Shown here piece by piece: positions 17,997 through 27,142 of a DNA stretch of 64,000 nucleotides; position 1 is the stretch's first letter, and each line of letters opens with the position of its first letter. Position numbers and translations under genes: made by a program. The stretch lies in contig DTTI01000058.1 of the NCBI GenBank assembly GCA_012964825.1, positions 3,978 through 67,977 of the forward strand, given 5' to 3'. Below the pieces are notes generated by a model. It had not been told where the DNA came from and searched no databases. It worked only from the letters and a program-made list of their open reading frames with translations. The stretch is from Fidelibacterota bacterium (GTDB lineage Bacteria > Fidelibacterota > Marinisomatia > Marinisomatales > S15-B10).

Positions 17997-18452
17997 CTAA
18001 AGGATTACTTTATCTGCCAGGTCGTCAAAATCTTCTGGGGAAAGATCTTGTATTTTTTCCAGATCATCAGGATTCCAGATCTCAATCTTGTTCACAACAC
18101 CAATGATTCTCACGTCCCGGTCCAGGTTGGCGTACTCTTTCAGAAACTGGGTGATTTGGATGCGGCCCTGCCCGTCCAGCTTGACTGTGGCAGCATAACG
18201 GGTGAGGGAGCGGACAAAAAGACGGTTGCGCTGGGATGTGGCTGACAATTCCCTGAGACCGGCTTCCACTCGCTTCTGCCACTCCACCAGGGGATACGCC
18301 ACAACGCAACGGTCCATCCCTTTTGTAATGACAAAACTTCCGTCATTGTCGGGGGAAAGGGCCGATCTGAATTTTGACGGAATGTTTAACCGCCCCTTTG
18401 AATCCAGGGTATAGTTGAATTCCCCGGTGAAGGTGTTTTCTGTAATTGTCAT
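17997..18452 (-). CDS. mraZ: Transcriptional regulator MraZ
   Basis: 151 aa with two SpoVT/AbrB-like repeats (LDSKGRLNIPSKFR and LDGQGRIQITQFL). First gene of the dcw cluster. Confidence 0.95.
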   Translation of the reverse strand: MTITENTFTGEFNYTLDSKGRLNIPSKFRSALSPDNDGSFVITKGMDRCVVAYPLVEWQKRVEAGLRELSATSQRNRLFVRSLTRYAATVKLDGQGRIQITQFLKEYANLDRDVRIIGVVNKIEIWNPDDLEKIQDLSPEDFDDLADKVIL

Positions 18453-18475
18453 ACTCGAGAATTATGGGATTATTA

Positions 18476-18520
18476 CCCACTTCTACCCATAATGTTAGCT
18501 TAGTACCCCACCAATGTCAA
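18476..18520 (-). promoter_or_regulatory. Candidate dcw promoter with phased (G/A)TGGG repeats (putative MraZ operator)
   Basis: On the minus strand, TTGACA lies at 18520..18515, followed by a 17-nt spacer and TAACAT at 18497..18492. GTGGG (18511..18507), ATGGG (18490..18486) and GTGGG (18480..18476) are spaced 21 and 10 nt apart, overlapping and following the core promoter. Confidence 0.45.
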
Positions 18521-18582
18521 GATAAATCTTCCGCCTCTTACATGGTTTTTTGAAAGGAGAACTTTAAGGGGGAGTTAGGGTG

Positions 18583-19419
18583 CTACCGGGGTGTGTAGCT
18601 GCGGATGGTAAGCTGTTTGCTCTGACCGTCGAATATGACATCAGTGGGATGAGGCACATCCTGGAGAGAAACTGATGTTCCGTTCAGAAAGACGGAGACA
18701 TCGGTGGCTCGCTCAAACCGCAGATAAAGATATTCGTTGAAATCCAGTGTAACTTCGCTACCCGCGAGCAGACTGGCGGAGGTGATGTTGCCTGAATAGT
18801 CCGATTCAAACTCGTACCAGGTTTCACTGGTGGAAGAAAGAGCAAGCTTGTACGGTGCCTCTAGGTTCAGTTTCTGATCCAAATCGGACGGTATAAAATT
18901 GGCGTTAAGTTCCTGATCTGTAATCTTAGGCGCCACAGCCAGAGGTGCTTCCGTAGAACTTTCCGCTAGTTCAGGTTCGTCAACAGTAATTTGCTTCACT
19001 ACCCACACACCAAAGAAAACAACGAGGATCAGAACTGTAACTTTCACAATAGACAAGGTCATGCTGTTCATGGAAACAGGCATGAGCGATTTTTCCAGAC
19101 TGTCCTTAGAAAACTCTTCACTCTCTTCATTTTCTTCGCTGGGCTGCTGGTCGTCGACGGGTGTCTTCTTGTCCATGAGGTGATCCAACTGCTGAAGAGC
19201 CTCCTCGGTCTCGGCACCGATCTCAACAACGTAAGATTTCAAAAAGAGGCGAACGTAAATGTAGGGCAGAAACGAAAAATCGCCCGACTCCATAGCCTCC
19301 AGATATTCCAGGTTGATCTTGGTGCGGGTGGAGACTTCATTGAGCTCAATGTCCCTTTCGACCCTGAGCTTTTTCAGTTCCTCAAAAAAGGGTGCAGGTT
19401 CCTGAATTTCGTTCACCAT
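18583..19419 (-). CDS. RodZ-like protein (HTH domain, one TM, C-terminal beta-rich domain)
   Basis: 278 aa. N-terminal XRE-type HTH (LKKLRVERDIELNEVSTRTKINLEYLEAMESGDF), an acidic linker, a TM segment (VTVLILVVFFGVWVV) and a DUF4115-like tail. Confidence 0.7.
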   Translation of the reverse strand: MVNEIQEPAPFFEELKKLRVERDIELNEVSTRTKINLEYLEAMESGDFSFLPYIYVRLFLKSYVVEIGAETEEALQQLDHLMDKKTPVDDQQPSEENEESEEFSKDSLEKSLMPVSMNSMTLSIVKVTVLILVVFFGVWVVKQITVDEPELAESSTEAPLAVAPKITDQELNANFIPSDLDQKLNLEAPYKLALSSTSETWYEFESDYSGNITSASLLAGSEVTLDFNEYLYLRFERATDVSVFLNGTSVSLQDVPHPTDVIFDGQSKQLTIRSYTPR

Positions 19420-19431
19420 AAGCTGGTGATT

Positions 19432-20049
19432 TTAAGCGATCTCCCTGTCGGAAACAAACCAAATGTCGACGGGAAACTGTTGTTTGAACTTCTCAGACCG
19501 GACCAGCTGAACAAACCGTGCCACTGGGAAGCCTACCACATTGTGGTAGCAGCCGTTCACTTTTTCCACGAAGCAGGCAGACCCGTCTTGGATGCCGTAG
19601 GCGCCGGCCTTGTCCAGTGGGGAGCCGGAGGCCACATACCTGCTTATGAGCGCCTCCTCCAGCTCAAAAAAGGTCACTTCGGTGGACTCTACAAAAGACG
19701 CTTCAACACCGCTGGACTTCAGCACCAAAGCAACGCCGGTGTAAACGGTGTGTGTCCTTGCCGACAGTGCTCTGAGCATCTCTGTTGCCTCGGATGAATC
19801 TATTGGTTTGCCAAGGATTTTTCCCTCCAGCGCCACAATAGTGTCGGCACCCACGACAATTTCTTCCGGGTGGTCCGCGGCCACGTCTCTCGCCTTCTCG
19901 AGGGCCCACAGATTCGCCATCTCTGGTGGCGCCATACCGTTGTCATAATTCTCTTCTATAGAGCTGGGGATGATCTCAAAAGGGATCTCCAGCCGATCCA
20001 GCAGATCCTTGCGGCGGGGTGAGGTGGAGGCGAGAATGAACTGAGTCAT
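19432..20049 (-). CDS. maf: Maf-family nucleoside triphosphate pyrophosphatase (septum formation protein)
   Basis: Motifs: ILASTSPRRKDLL, GADTIV and AGAYGIQ. ATG 20049 lies 1 nt after the upstream stop. The longer ORF to 20100 overlaps the upstream gene. Confidence 0.9.
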   Translation of the reverse strand: MTQFILASTSPRRKDLLDRLEIPFEIIPSSIEENYDNGMAPPEMANLWALEKARDVAADHPEEIVVGADTIVALEGKILGKPIDSSEATEMLRALSARTHTVYTGVALVLKSSGVEASFVESTEVTFFELEEALISRYVASGSPLDKAGAYGIQDGSACFVEKVNGCYHNVVGFPVARFVQLVRSEKFKQQFPVDIWFVSDREIA

Positions 20050-20050
20050 T

Positions 20051-23000
20051 TCAGCGGTATTTGGCTGCTTTGTTAATGTGGGTTGTTTCGTCTTCGCCAT
20101 CGATGGTGGTCACTTTCAGCTGGTAGAGGTAGACACCGTTGGCGATGAGGTCACCGTACTGGTCCCGACCGTCCCAGTCGATGTGGGCATAGCCGTAGAA
20201 AGATTCCAGCGGTTCCAGCTGGGCCACCAGTTCACCAGCCAGAGTGAAGATCTTGATCTCCGCAAAGACTTCCCGGTTCACCTCAAAGCCGAACTGAGTT
20301 TTGTCGCTGAACGGGTTGGGGTAGTTGAAAACGTTCGTGAGTTTAAGTTCTTCATCAAGGGTGACCCGGAAGGTGACGGTCTCCCTGGAAGCGTTGTTGG
20401 CATTATCCCACGCCTCCGCAGTCACTGTTGTTTCGCCCGGGGGGGCGTTTGCGAGCGGAAATTTCACCGAACCACTGGTATGACTTCCTTCATCGTAAAC
20501 AAAGCCGTTAGTGAGGTCCACCGCGTCCATTTCCTGTTCGCCGTTCCAGAGGCGGATGCCGTGGCCAATCTCACCTGTTACATTGATCCCCAGCGGGTCC
20601 GACAGGGTGACAATCAGATCCTCATTTCCCGGTATGTTGTCGCCCGTCTCAACTGTGCGACTTTCCATTCCAAAGGAGACGAGTGGACCATCCTGATCTA
20701 CCGGATTTTCTGTACCCCCTTTGAAAATGAGCCCTTCCTTCAGGCCGAGGCCCTCCCACAGGCCGTTGCTCTTCGGGCCGTATAAATAGACGGAAAGTCT
20801 GCCTCCTGTGGCAGCGGTGCTGATATCCTTGGGGAGGATGAAGGTGCCGTTGAAAGCGCCGCCGGAAAAAGAGAGATGTCCCCGGAACAGCGTGTTGCCA
20901 GGAAGGGTATAGGAAACATCCTCAGAATAGTTGTCCAACTCATAATGCCGTGTTACCTGCCGCTGGGCGTCGTTTACAGTAATAAACCCTTCGCCTGCAC
21001 CGGGGGCTTCACCCGAAACCGTTCCGGCGTAACTTCCTGTCTGTAGAGCAACAAGGGTATCCGGCATCACGGAAGTTACTTCAGCGGACTTGGATGGCAG
21101 GGCCACTTTCAACCCCGGATCGCCCAGCAGGTGAAACATTTCAGAGCCCCGGGAGCCGTCCTTGATGCTATTGTAGATAACGCCCAGGGATAGGTCCGTT
21201 ACGGTGGTGTCGGGGAAGAAAGCGCCGAAAAGTTTCAGGATAAAACTTCTGTTAGCTGAGAATGTGATAAGTCCGTTGGTGGAGATGACAGCCACACCAC
21301 CATTGGCCGGTGCTCGGAGGATCTCCTCGCTCATGGCGCTCCCTTCAACATTGTCGTACCTGCCCCAGCTGCAGGTGGCCGCCAGCCAGATGGGGAGGCG
21401 GTCTCCCGTTTGGATGGACGCCATATCACCCCGAGCAGAGGAAAGAAGCCCCTCCTGTGCCCACTGGTAGGCCGAGCCGTGCCCGATGTAATTCAAAAGG
21501 ACTGTCCCCTCATGGAGTAGATCAAAGAGCGCTTCGGAAGCACCGGGCTTGGTGACGCCGTACTGAGAACCGTCATTGATTTCTGGATAATCTTCCATGT
21601 AAATTTTGCGCACCTCCAAGGCCCGAGGGATCATTCCTGACAGTTCTTCGCTATTTTTCGTATGGGATAGTTCCAGGGCGCCGAAGTTGGGCCGGGCAAA
21701 GTCATCGGCGATGAGTGTTACCCGCCTGCGCCAGAGGCCTATCTCCGGCTCCGATTCGTATCCTATGATCTTGTCCACCATCACCTCCGCTTCATAAAGC
21801 GATCCGGCGGGGAGGCGCCCTATGGCCATCTCCGGCGTCATGCCGTCCAAATATGCGAACCGGTCATCGGCTGAAGTGACACCGTTGGAGCCGGACTGGA
21901 ATGTGGGTACAAAGTTGGTGGCGCTGCCAGTAATGTTCCGGTAGTCATAATCGCCGTCGCCTAAAAGTAAAACATAAGAGGGAAAACCACTCCCTGAGGA
22001 AGCGGTCCAGTTCTCCTTGACCCATTTAAGGAACAGTCTGATGGCCCGGGGGTCCGTAACGCCGCCTGAAAATTCATCATACACGGACTGGAGGGTCGCT
22101 AGGGTGGAGGTTCCACGGTGCTCTTTCAGCTTCTCCGCAGAGGTGAGAAACTCCTCCGGCGCAATGATGATATGGTCCATGCCGGATAGTGATGTGCGGA
22201 GTGTGGAGAAGCTCTGGTCATCAATTTTCACCACCCCTGTCACATCCAATGTTTCGGTCTTGTTGTATACAATGAACCGCTCAGTTCCGGCTGATGAGAG
22301 TGTTTTTTCGAAATAGCCCCTGTTTCCGCTCAGCACCACATCCTGATCAGCGGGCGAGTGAACGTCTGTAATGTCCCAGACAGCAATGTCCGAGTTCACT
22401 TGGCTCACCATGAACCTAACCATGGCCAGATTCGCCGGCGCCCAGAATTCGAATTGAGTACCTTCCCAGATCAGATCACTTCCGTACCGTACCGTGATAT
22501 AATCGAGAAAAACTTTGGAGAGGCCATCGGTGGTGGTGTTACTAAATAGGAGAAAATTGGAACCGTGGGTAAAGAGCGATTCATCCAGGTCCAGAGAGGC
22601 GTTCTTGGTGGTCATGCCGGCCCAGGCTAATGTTTTCAAAAGGGTATCGGCCACGCTGCGCTGGTGGATCTCAAGAAGGTGGGCCGGGAACCCTTCGGCT
22701 CCTGAAGAGGTGCCGCCGAATAGGTAAATGTCCGCTGTGGCGGTGATCTCCAGTCGCGGGTGGTGCAGTTGTATGGGCGCCGATAGTGTTTGCTGCCGCG
22801 TCACACCGGGTCCTACCCATAGCAGACCCGATTCAAAGGGGTTCACTTCATCGCTTTCTGCATGGCTGTAAGCGGTACCGTATTCGATGACCACAGGTTC
22901 GCTGAACTCATCGTCCACCGTCTCGATCCGCTTGCCGCGGATATCCACGTCCTGGGGGATATTGAGCCAGTAAACATTCAGATCGGTGTAGGGGTTCTGG

Positions 23001-23965
23001 TTGTAGGTGACGGTGCTGTTCTCCAAAGTATCGAAACCCCGGGGACCACGACCGTAGAACACCACCTCGTCAGCCTCGTGGATTGTTCCGTCACCGCCGC
23101 CGTCAATATGGACGGCCACTTCCGTCAAGTTGTTCGGCACCGGCTGAGCGACCAAATCTTCCAACGGCCTGCCGCCCCGGGGGTTGGTAAACATCCGGAG
23201 AGCGTCAGGAATCACAGTCGCAATATTCATTCCCGCTTCGGAGAGGGCTGTACCGGTGATGCCGTAAATCCCGTCAGCAGGAACTGTAATCTTATACCAG
23301 TCGCCGGTGAGGTCAGTGGTCCTGTCTAAGCGGCGGGCGGGTATTTTTCTAGCCACCCACGATTTCGCCCCTTTCCAGTTGAGGATCCGGTAGCGGTAGA
23401 GAAGTTCTTCAGACCGTGCTAGTACCGGCGTGTTTTGACCAGTACCGGAAAAGTGGATCGTCACCTCCAACTCCAGAGCTGCCGTTGAGGCATTGTTGGA
23501 GGTGGTAGGGGATAGCTGCAAAATTCCCACATCCAGATTACGGTATCGCTCCAACCGCTCCCAACGGCCGTAACCGGCAGCTGATGAGAAATATGGACTC
23601 ACATTCGGTTGATCGGAGAGGGGTGTGGTCCGGATAGGGGTGATTGATAGCCTGGGCAGTGAAGCGGAGGGGAGGCCCACGGTAAAAAACTGATCCTCCA
23701 GCTCGTAACCTTTGGACGGATCGGTAAAGGTGACCCGAAACTTCAAAATAGAAGTGGTATTTTCCAGGACAAGTGGGTGCTGGCCGAACAGAGTGCCGCA
23801 GATGAGTGCGACGGTAGTGATGAGTATCCCGCGAGAGATTGTTGAATTCACTGTATCAAAGCCACCCTGAGAGGGGCGAATGAAATTGAAATTTCGCACC
23901 GGTGCCCGTAATTTCCAACGGCATCTTAGACGAGCCAACACCACCTTTTTTGACTGAACCACCAC
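20051..23965 (-). CDS. C25 (gingipain-type) cysteine peptidase with a T9SS C-terminal sorting domain; PorU-like
   Basis: 1304-aa ORF. His/Cys dyad contexts: NYIGHGS and [12 protein letters not shown]. The C-terminal ~90 aa (NYPNPFS...IDWDGRD...GVYLYQLKV) match the FlgD-Ig/T9SS tail pattern. The start is uncertain: GTG 23965 or GTG 23851, the latter giving [24 protein letters not shown]. Confidence 0.8.
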   Translation of the reverse strand: MVVQSKKVVLARLRCRWKLRAPVRNFNFIRPSQGGFDTVNSTISRGILITTVALICGTLFGQHPLVLENTTSILKFRVTFTDPSKGYELEDQFFTVGLPSASLPRLSITPIRTTPLSDQPNVSPYFSSAAGYGRWERLERYRNLDVGILQLSPTTSNNASTAALELEVTIHFSGTGQNTPVLARSEELLYRYRILNWKGAKSWVARKIPARRLDRTTDLTGDWYKITVPADGIYGITGTALSEAGMNIATVIPDALRMFTNPRGGRPLEDLVAQPVPNNLTEVAVHIDGGGDGTIHEADEVVFYGRGPRGFDTLENSTVTYNQNPYTDLNVYWLNIPQDVDIRGKRIETVDDEFSEPVVIEYGTAYSHAESDEVNPFESGLLWVGPGVTRQQTLSAPIQLHHPRLEITATADIYLFGGTSSGAEGFPAHLLEIHQRSVADTLLKTLAWAGMTTKNASLDLDESLFTHGSNFLLFSNTTTDGLSKVFLDYITVRYGSDLIWEGTQFEFWAPANLAMVRFMVSQVNSDIAVWDITDVHSPADQDVVLSGNRGYFEKTLSSAGTERFIVYNKTETLDVTGVVKIDDQSFSTLRTSLSGMDHIIIAPEEFLTSAEKLKEHRGTSTLATLQSVYDEFSGGVTDPRAIRLFLKWVKENWTASSGSGFPSYVLLLGDGDYDYRNITGSATNFVPTFQSGSNGVTSADDRFAYLDGMTPEMAIGRLPAGSLYEAEVMVDKIIGYESEPEIGLWRRRVTLIADDFARPNFGALELSHTKNSEELSGMIPRALEVRKIYMEDYPEINDGSQYGVTKPGASEALFDLLHEGTVLLNYIGHGSAYQWAQEGLLSSARGDMASIQTGDRLPIWLAATCSWGRYDNVEGSAMSEEILRAPANGGVAVISTNGLITFSANRSFILKLFGAFFPDTTVTDLSLGVIYNSIKDGSRGSEMFHLLGDPGLKVALPSKSAEVTSVMPDTLVALQTGSYAGTVSGEAPGAGEGFITVNDAQRQVTRHYELDNYSEDVSYTLPGNTLFRGHLSFSGGAFNGTFILPKDISTAATGGRLSVYLYGPKSNGLWEGLGLKEGLIFKGGTENPVDQDGPLVSFGMESRTVETGDNIPGNEDLIVTLSDPLGINVTGEIGHGIRLWNGEQEMDAVDLTNGFVYDEGSHTSGSVKFPLANAPPGETTVTAEAWDNANNASRETVTFRVTLDEELKLTNVFNYPNPFSDKTQFGFEVNREVFAEIKIFTLAGELVAQLEPLESFYGYAHIDWDGRDQYGDLIANGVYLYQLKVTTIDGEDETTHINKAAKYR

Positions 23966-23986
23966 TGGAAAGGCAGTCTGAACAGT

Positions 23987-26260
23987 ATGACAACGAGCAG
24001 AAAACCGAAGGATCTTGACATGATGCAGGCGGTATACGCCTCCTTCGCTGAAAAAGTTGCCGTCAGCCGGGAGTTTCTGGATCGGCCCCTCACCTATGCG
24101 GAAAAGATACTCCTAGCTCATCTTGATAAGCCGCTCACCGCTGCTCCGGAACGTCTCAAAACATATAGCAATTTTAGTCCTGACCGGGTGGCCCTACAGG
24201 ATGCCACGGCCCAGATGGCACTCTTGCAATTCATGCAGGCTGGCCGATCCGACACCGCCGTACCAAGTACTGTTCATTGTGATCACCTCATCCGGGCACA
24301 ACTTGGAGCATCAGATGATCTAAAGCAGGCTAAATACGAAAATAATGAAGTTTATAACTTTTTAAAATCTGTTTCTCAGAAGTATGGTCTCGGTTTCTGG
24401 AAACCTGGCTCGGGCATTATTCACCAAGTAGTGTTGGAGAATTACGCCTTCCCCGGCGGCATGATGGTAGGAACTGATTCACACACGCCCAACGCTGGCG
24501 GTCTTGGCATGGTGGCCATCGGTGTGGGCGGTGCTGATGCGGTGGATGTCATGGCTGGCATACCGTGGGAACTCTCCTTTCCCGGCGTCATCGGCGTGAA
24601 GCTTACGGGTTCCATGAGCGGCTGGACTTCCCCAAAGGATGTGATCCTGAAACTGGCGGGTATCCTGACAGTGAAAGGCGGTACCGGCCGCATCGTGGAA
24701 TATTTCGGCGACGGGACTCAGTCTATCTCCTGTACGGGTAAAGGAACAATCTGCAACATGGGTGCGGAGATCGGTGCCACCACCTCTCTCTTTCCCTTTG
24801 ATGATCGCATGGCTACCTACCTCAGGGCTACAGGAAGAACCACCGTAGCGGAGCAGGCGGAATCGGTGAATGACCACTTGAAAGCCGATCCTGAAATTGA
24901 ACAGAATCCTGAAAATTATTACGACCAGGTGATCGAGATTGATCTCTCTACCCTGGAACCCCATTTGGTGGGGCCCTTCACACCGGATCTGGCCAGGCCC
25001 ATCTCCGCCATGGCAGCTGAGGTGAAAGAGAAAGATTACCCCGATGAGATCTCCGTATCCCTTATCGGCAGCTGTACCAATTCGTCCTACGAAGATATTG
25101 AGCGCTCCGCCCATATCGCCCTCCAGGCGAAAGAAAATAATTTAAAAGCAAAGACACCCCTTCTGGTGACCCCCGGCTCGGAGCAGATACGTGCCACCAT
25201 CCAGAGGGACGGCCAGCTGAATGACCTGAAAGATATAGGCGGTGTTGTATTGGCAAACGCCTGCGGCCCCTGCATTGGCCAGTGGAACCGGTTGGACAAG
25301 GAAGAAGGAGAGAAAAACAGTATCATCACCTCCTTCAACCGGAACTTCGCCCGGCGGAACGATGGTAATGCTGCCACCCACGCTTTCATCGGCTCGCCGG
25401 AGCTGGTGACGGCCATGGCGCTGGGAGGGAGTCTATCTTTCAATCCTCTTACGGATACGATTACCAACGAAGCAGGGGAAGAGATTCGCCTGGATCCCCC
25501 GTCCGGAAACGAGCTTCCCGCCAACGGTTTTGAAACAGGGGAAGACGGCTTTGTGGCGCCGCCGGATGACCGCTCCGCCGTGGATGTGGCAGTGGATGAA
25601 GTGAGCGAGCGGCTGCAGCTTCTTACACCTTTTGAACCGTGGGGCGGTGAAGACTTAAGGGACCTGCCAGTTCTACTAAAAACCAAAGGCAAATGCACCA
25701 CCGATCATATTTCCCCGGCCGGGTCGTGGCTTAAGTTCCGGGGGCATCTGGACAACATTTCTGACAACCTCTTTATTGGTGCCCTGAACGCCTTTACCGG
25801 CGAAACTGGCGTAGGGAAAAATGGTCTTTCCGGCGAAACAAGTATTCGCTTCAGCGACGTGGCGAGATACTACAAGAAACAGGACCTTCAGTGGGTCGTT
25901 TTCGGTGATGAGAACTACGGCGAAGGGTCCTCCCGGGAGCACGCTGCCATGGAACCAAGGCACCTGGGCGGTATTGCCATCATTGTAAGAAGCTTTGCCC
26001 GTATCCACGAGACCAACCTAAAGAAACAGGGGATGCTTGCCTTTACTTTAGCCGACCCTGCCGCCTATGATGAAATTCAAGAGGATGACCGGGTGGCCAT
26101 TCTCGGTTTGAAAGAGTTTTCCCCGAACACACCTCTCACTCTGAAAGTAATCCACTCTGACAGTACCTCATTTATAACGGAACTAAACCACACCTTTTCA
26201 CCGGTACAGATAGAATGGTTTAAAGCCGGTTCGGCACTGAACTTAATCGCCGCAGGCTGA
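23987..26260 (+). CDS. acn: Aconitate hydratase (~757-aa form)
   Basis: 757 aa. Motifs: [36 protein letters not shown] and GSSREHAA. Confidence 0.95.
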   Translation: MTTSRKPKDLDMMQAVYASFAEKVAVSREFLDRPLTYAEKILLAHLDKPLTAAPERLKTYSNFSPDRVALQDATAQMALLQFMQAGRSDTAVPSTVHCDHLIRAQLGASDDLKQAKYENNEVYNFLKSVSQKYGLGFWKPGSGIIHQVVLENYAFPGGMMVGTDSHTPNAGGLGMVAIGVGGADAVDVMAGIPWELSFPGVIGVKLTGSMSGWTSPKDVILKLAGILTVKGGTGRIVEYFGDGTQSISCTGKGTICNMGAEIGATTSLFPFDDRMATYLRATGRTTVAEQAESVNDHLKADPEIEQNPENYYDQVIEIDLSTLEPHLVGPFTPDLARPISAMAAEVKEKDYPDEISVSLIGSCTNSSYEDIERSAHIALQAKENNLKAKTPLLVTPGSEQIRATIQRDGQLNDLKDIGGVVLANACGPCIGQWNRLDKEEGEKNSIITSFNRNFARRNDGNAATHAFIGSPELVTAMALGGSLSFNPLTDTITNEAGEEIRLDPPSGNELPANGFETGEDGFVAPPDDRSAVDVAVDEVSERLQLLTPFEPWGGEDLRDLPVLLKTKGKCTTDHISPAGSWLKFRGHLDNISDNLFIGALNAFTGETGVGKNGLSGETSIRFSDVARYYKKQDLQWVVFGDENYGEGSSREHAAMEPRHLGGIAIIVRSFARIHETNLKKQGMLAFTLADPAAYDEIQEDDRVAILGLKEFSPNTPLTLKVIHSDSTSFITELNHTFSPVQIEWFKAGSALNLIAAG

Positions 26261-26271
26261 TTGGTGACTTC

Positions 26272-26982
26272 TTGCCTAGGAAACCTGTAGCAGTTATCAC
26301 AGGCGCCTCGGAAGGGATCGGCCGGGCGCTTTCCGTGAAACTTGCCTCAGAGGGTTATACCACTGTTCTGGCGGCACGGAGTAAACAGAACCTCCGTGTG
26401 ACGGCCGATCTGGTGAGTGAAGCGGAGGGAGAGTATCTTGTCGTCCCAACCGATGTTACCGCTAGAAATGAAGTGGTGAGCCTCTTCAGCCAGGCGTCTA
26501 AAGTTGGCGAGTTGGCTGTACTTGTGAACAATGCTGGTGTGGGGACCTTCAAGGCGGTGGAAGAGATCACCTTGAAGGAGTGGCAGAATATGATGGATGT
26601 GAACCTCACTGGCGCCTTCCTGGCAACACAGGAGGCGGTGAAGCTTATGAAGAAGGTCAAGGCCGGTCACATCTTTTTTATCAACTCTCTTTCCGGCAAG
26701 CGGGCCCTCTCCTGGGGTAGCGGCTACTCCGCCACCAAATACGGGCTCAGGGGTTTTGCCGATACGGTTCGTATTGAACTGAGAAAGTCCAACATCAAGA
26801 TCACCTCAGTTTTTCCAGGTGCGGTAGACTCCTCTTGGTGGGACAAGTTTGACTTCGACTTTCCAAGAGATCAGATGGTGACAGTGGACAATGTGGTGGA
26901 GGCCGTCTGGGCCGCCATTGCTCAGGAAGGGCGGTCAGTGATTGAAGAGATCGACCTCAGGCAGGTGGGGGGAGATTTCTGA
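26272..26982 (+). CDS. SDR-family oxidoreductase
   Basis: 236 aa from a TTG start. Motifs: TGASEGIGRA (cofactor-binding), NNAG and YSATK (catalytic). Confidence 0.9.
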   Translation: MPRKPVAVITGASEGIGRALSVKLASEGYTTVLAARSKQNLRVTADLVSEAEGEYLVVPTDVTARNEVVSLFSQASKVGELAVLVNNAGVGTFKAVEEITLKEWQNMMDVNLTGAFLATQEAVKLMKKVKAGHIFFINSLSGKRALSWGSGYSATKYGLRGFADTVRIELRKSNIKITSVFPGAVDSSWWDKFDFDFPRDQMVTVDNVVEAVWAAIAQEGRSVIEEIDLRQVGGDF

Positions 26983-26986
26983 TTTT

Positions 26987-27010
26987 CAGAGCTAAAACTC
27001 TGTTTTTTTT
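26987..27010 (+). terminator. Weak rho-independent terminator after the SDR gene
   Basis: CAGAG-CTAAAA-CTCTG followed by T8. The stem is only 5 bp, so it is weak. Confidence 0.4.
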
Positions 27011-27067
27011 GAATTATTAATCTTCGTTTTTCTTTTCCTCTCTTCTCAGAAAAAAGCTAACTTTCTA

Positions 27068-27076
27068 TGCTATAAT
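27068..27076 (+). promoter_or_regulatory. Extended -10 promoter element (TGcTATAAT) upstream of rpsP
   Basis: A perfect TATAAT (27071..27076) is preceded by TGc. There is no good -35. It lies ~67 nt upstream of the rpsP TTG start. Confidence 0.4.
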
Positions 27077-27142
27077 CAACTCGATCAGCGATAACATCGT
27101 GTGATGTTGGTCATTTTTATACATTAACTGAAGGAGACTATT

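Noticed and set aside
18991-19797. A plus-strand 268-aa ORF spanning the rodZ-like/maf junction.
   Set aside because: It is an antisense shadow ORF crossing two well-supported minus-strand genes, with no recognisable motifs.
20078-20785. Large antisense ORFs inside long genes. This one (235 aa) lies in the C25 gene. Similar cases lie in murC (5731..6450), acn (24479..25701) and gcvT (62334..62873).
   Set aside because: They are shadow frames of confidently identified genes. They lack independent motifs, Shine-Dalgarno sequences and intergenic context.
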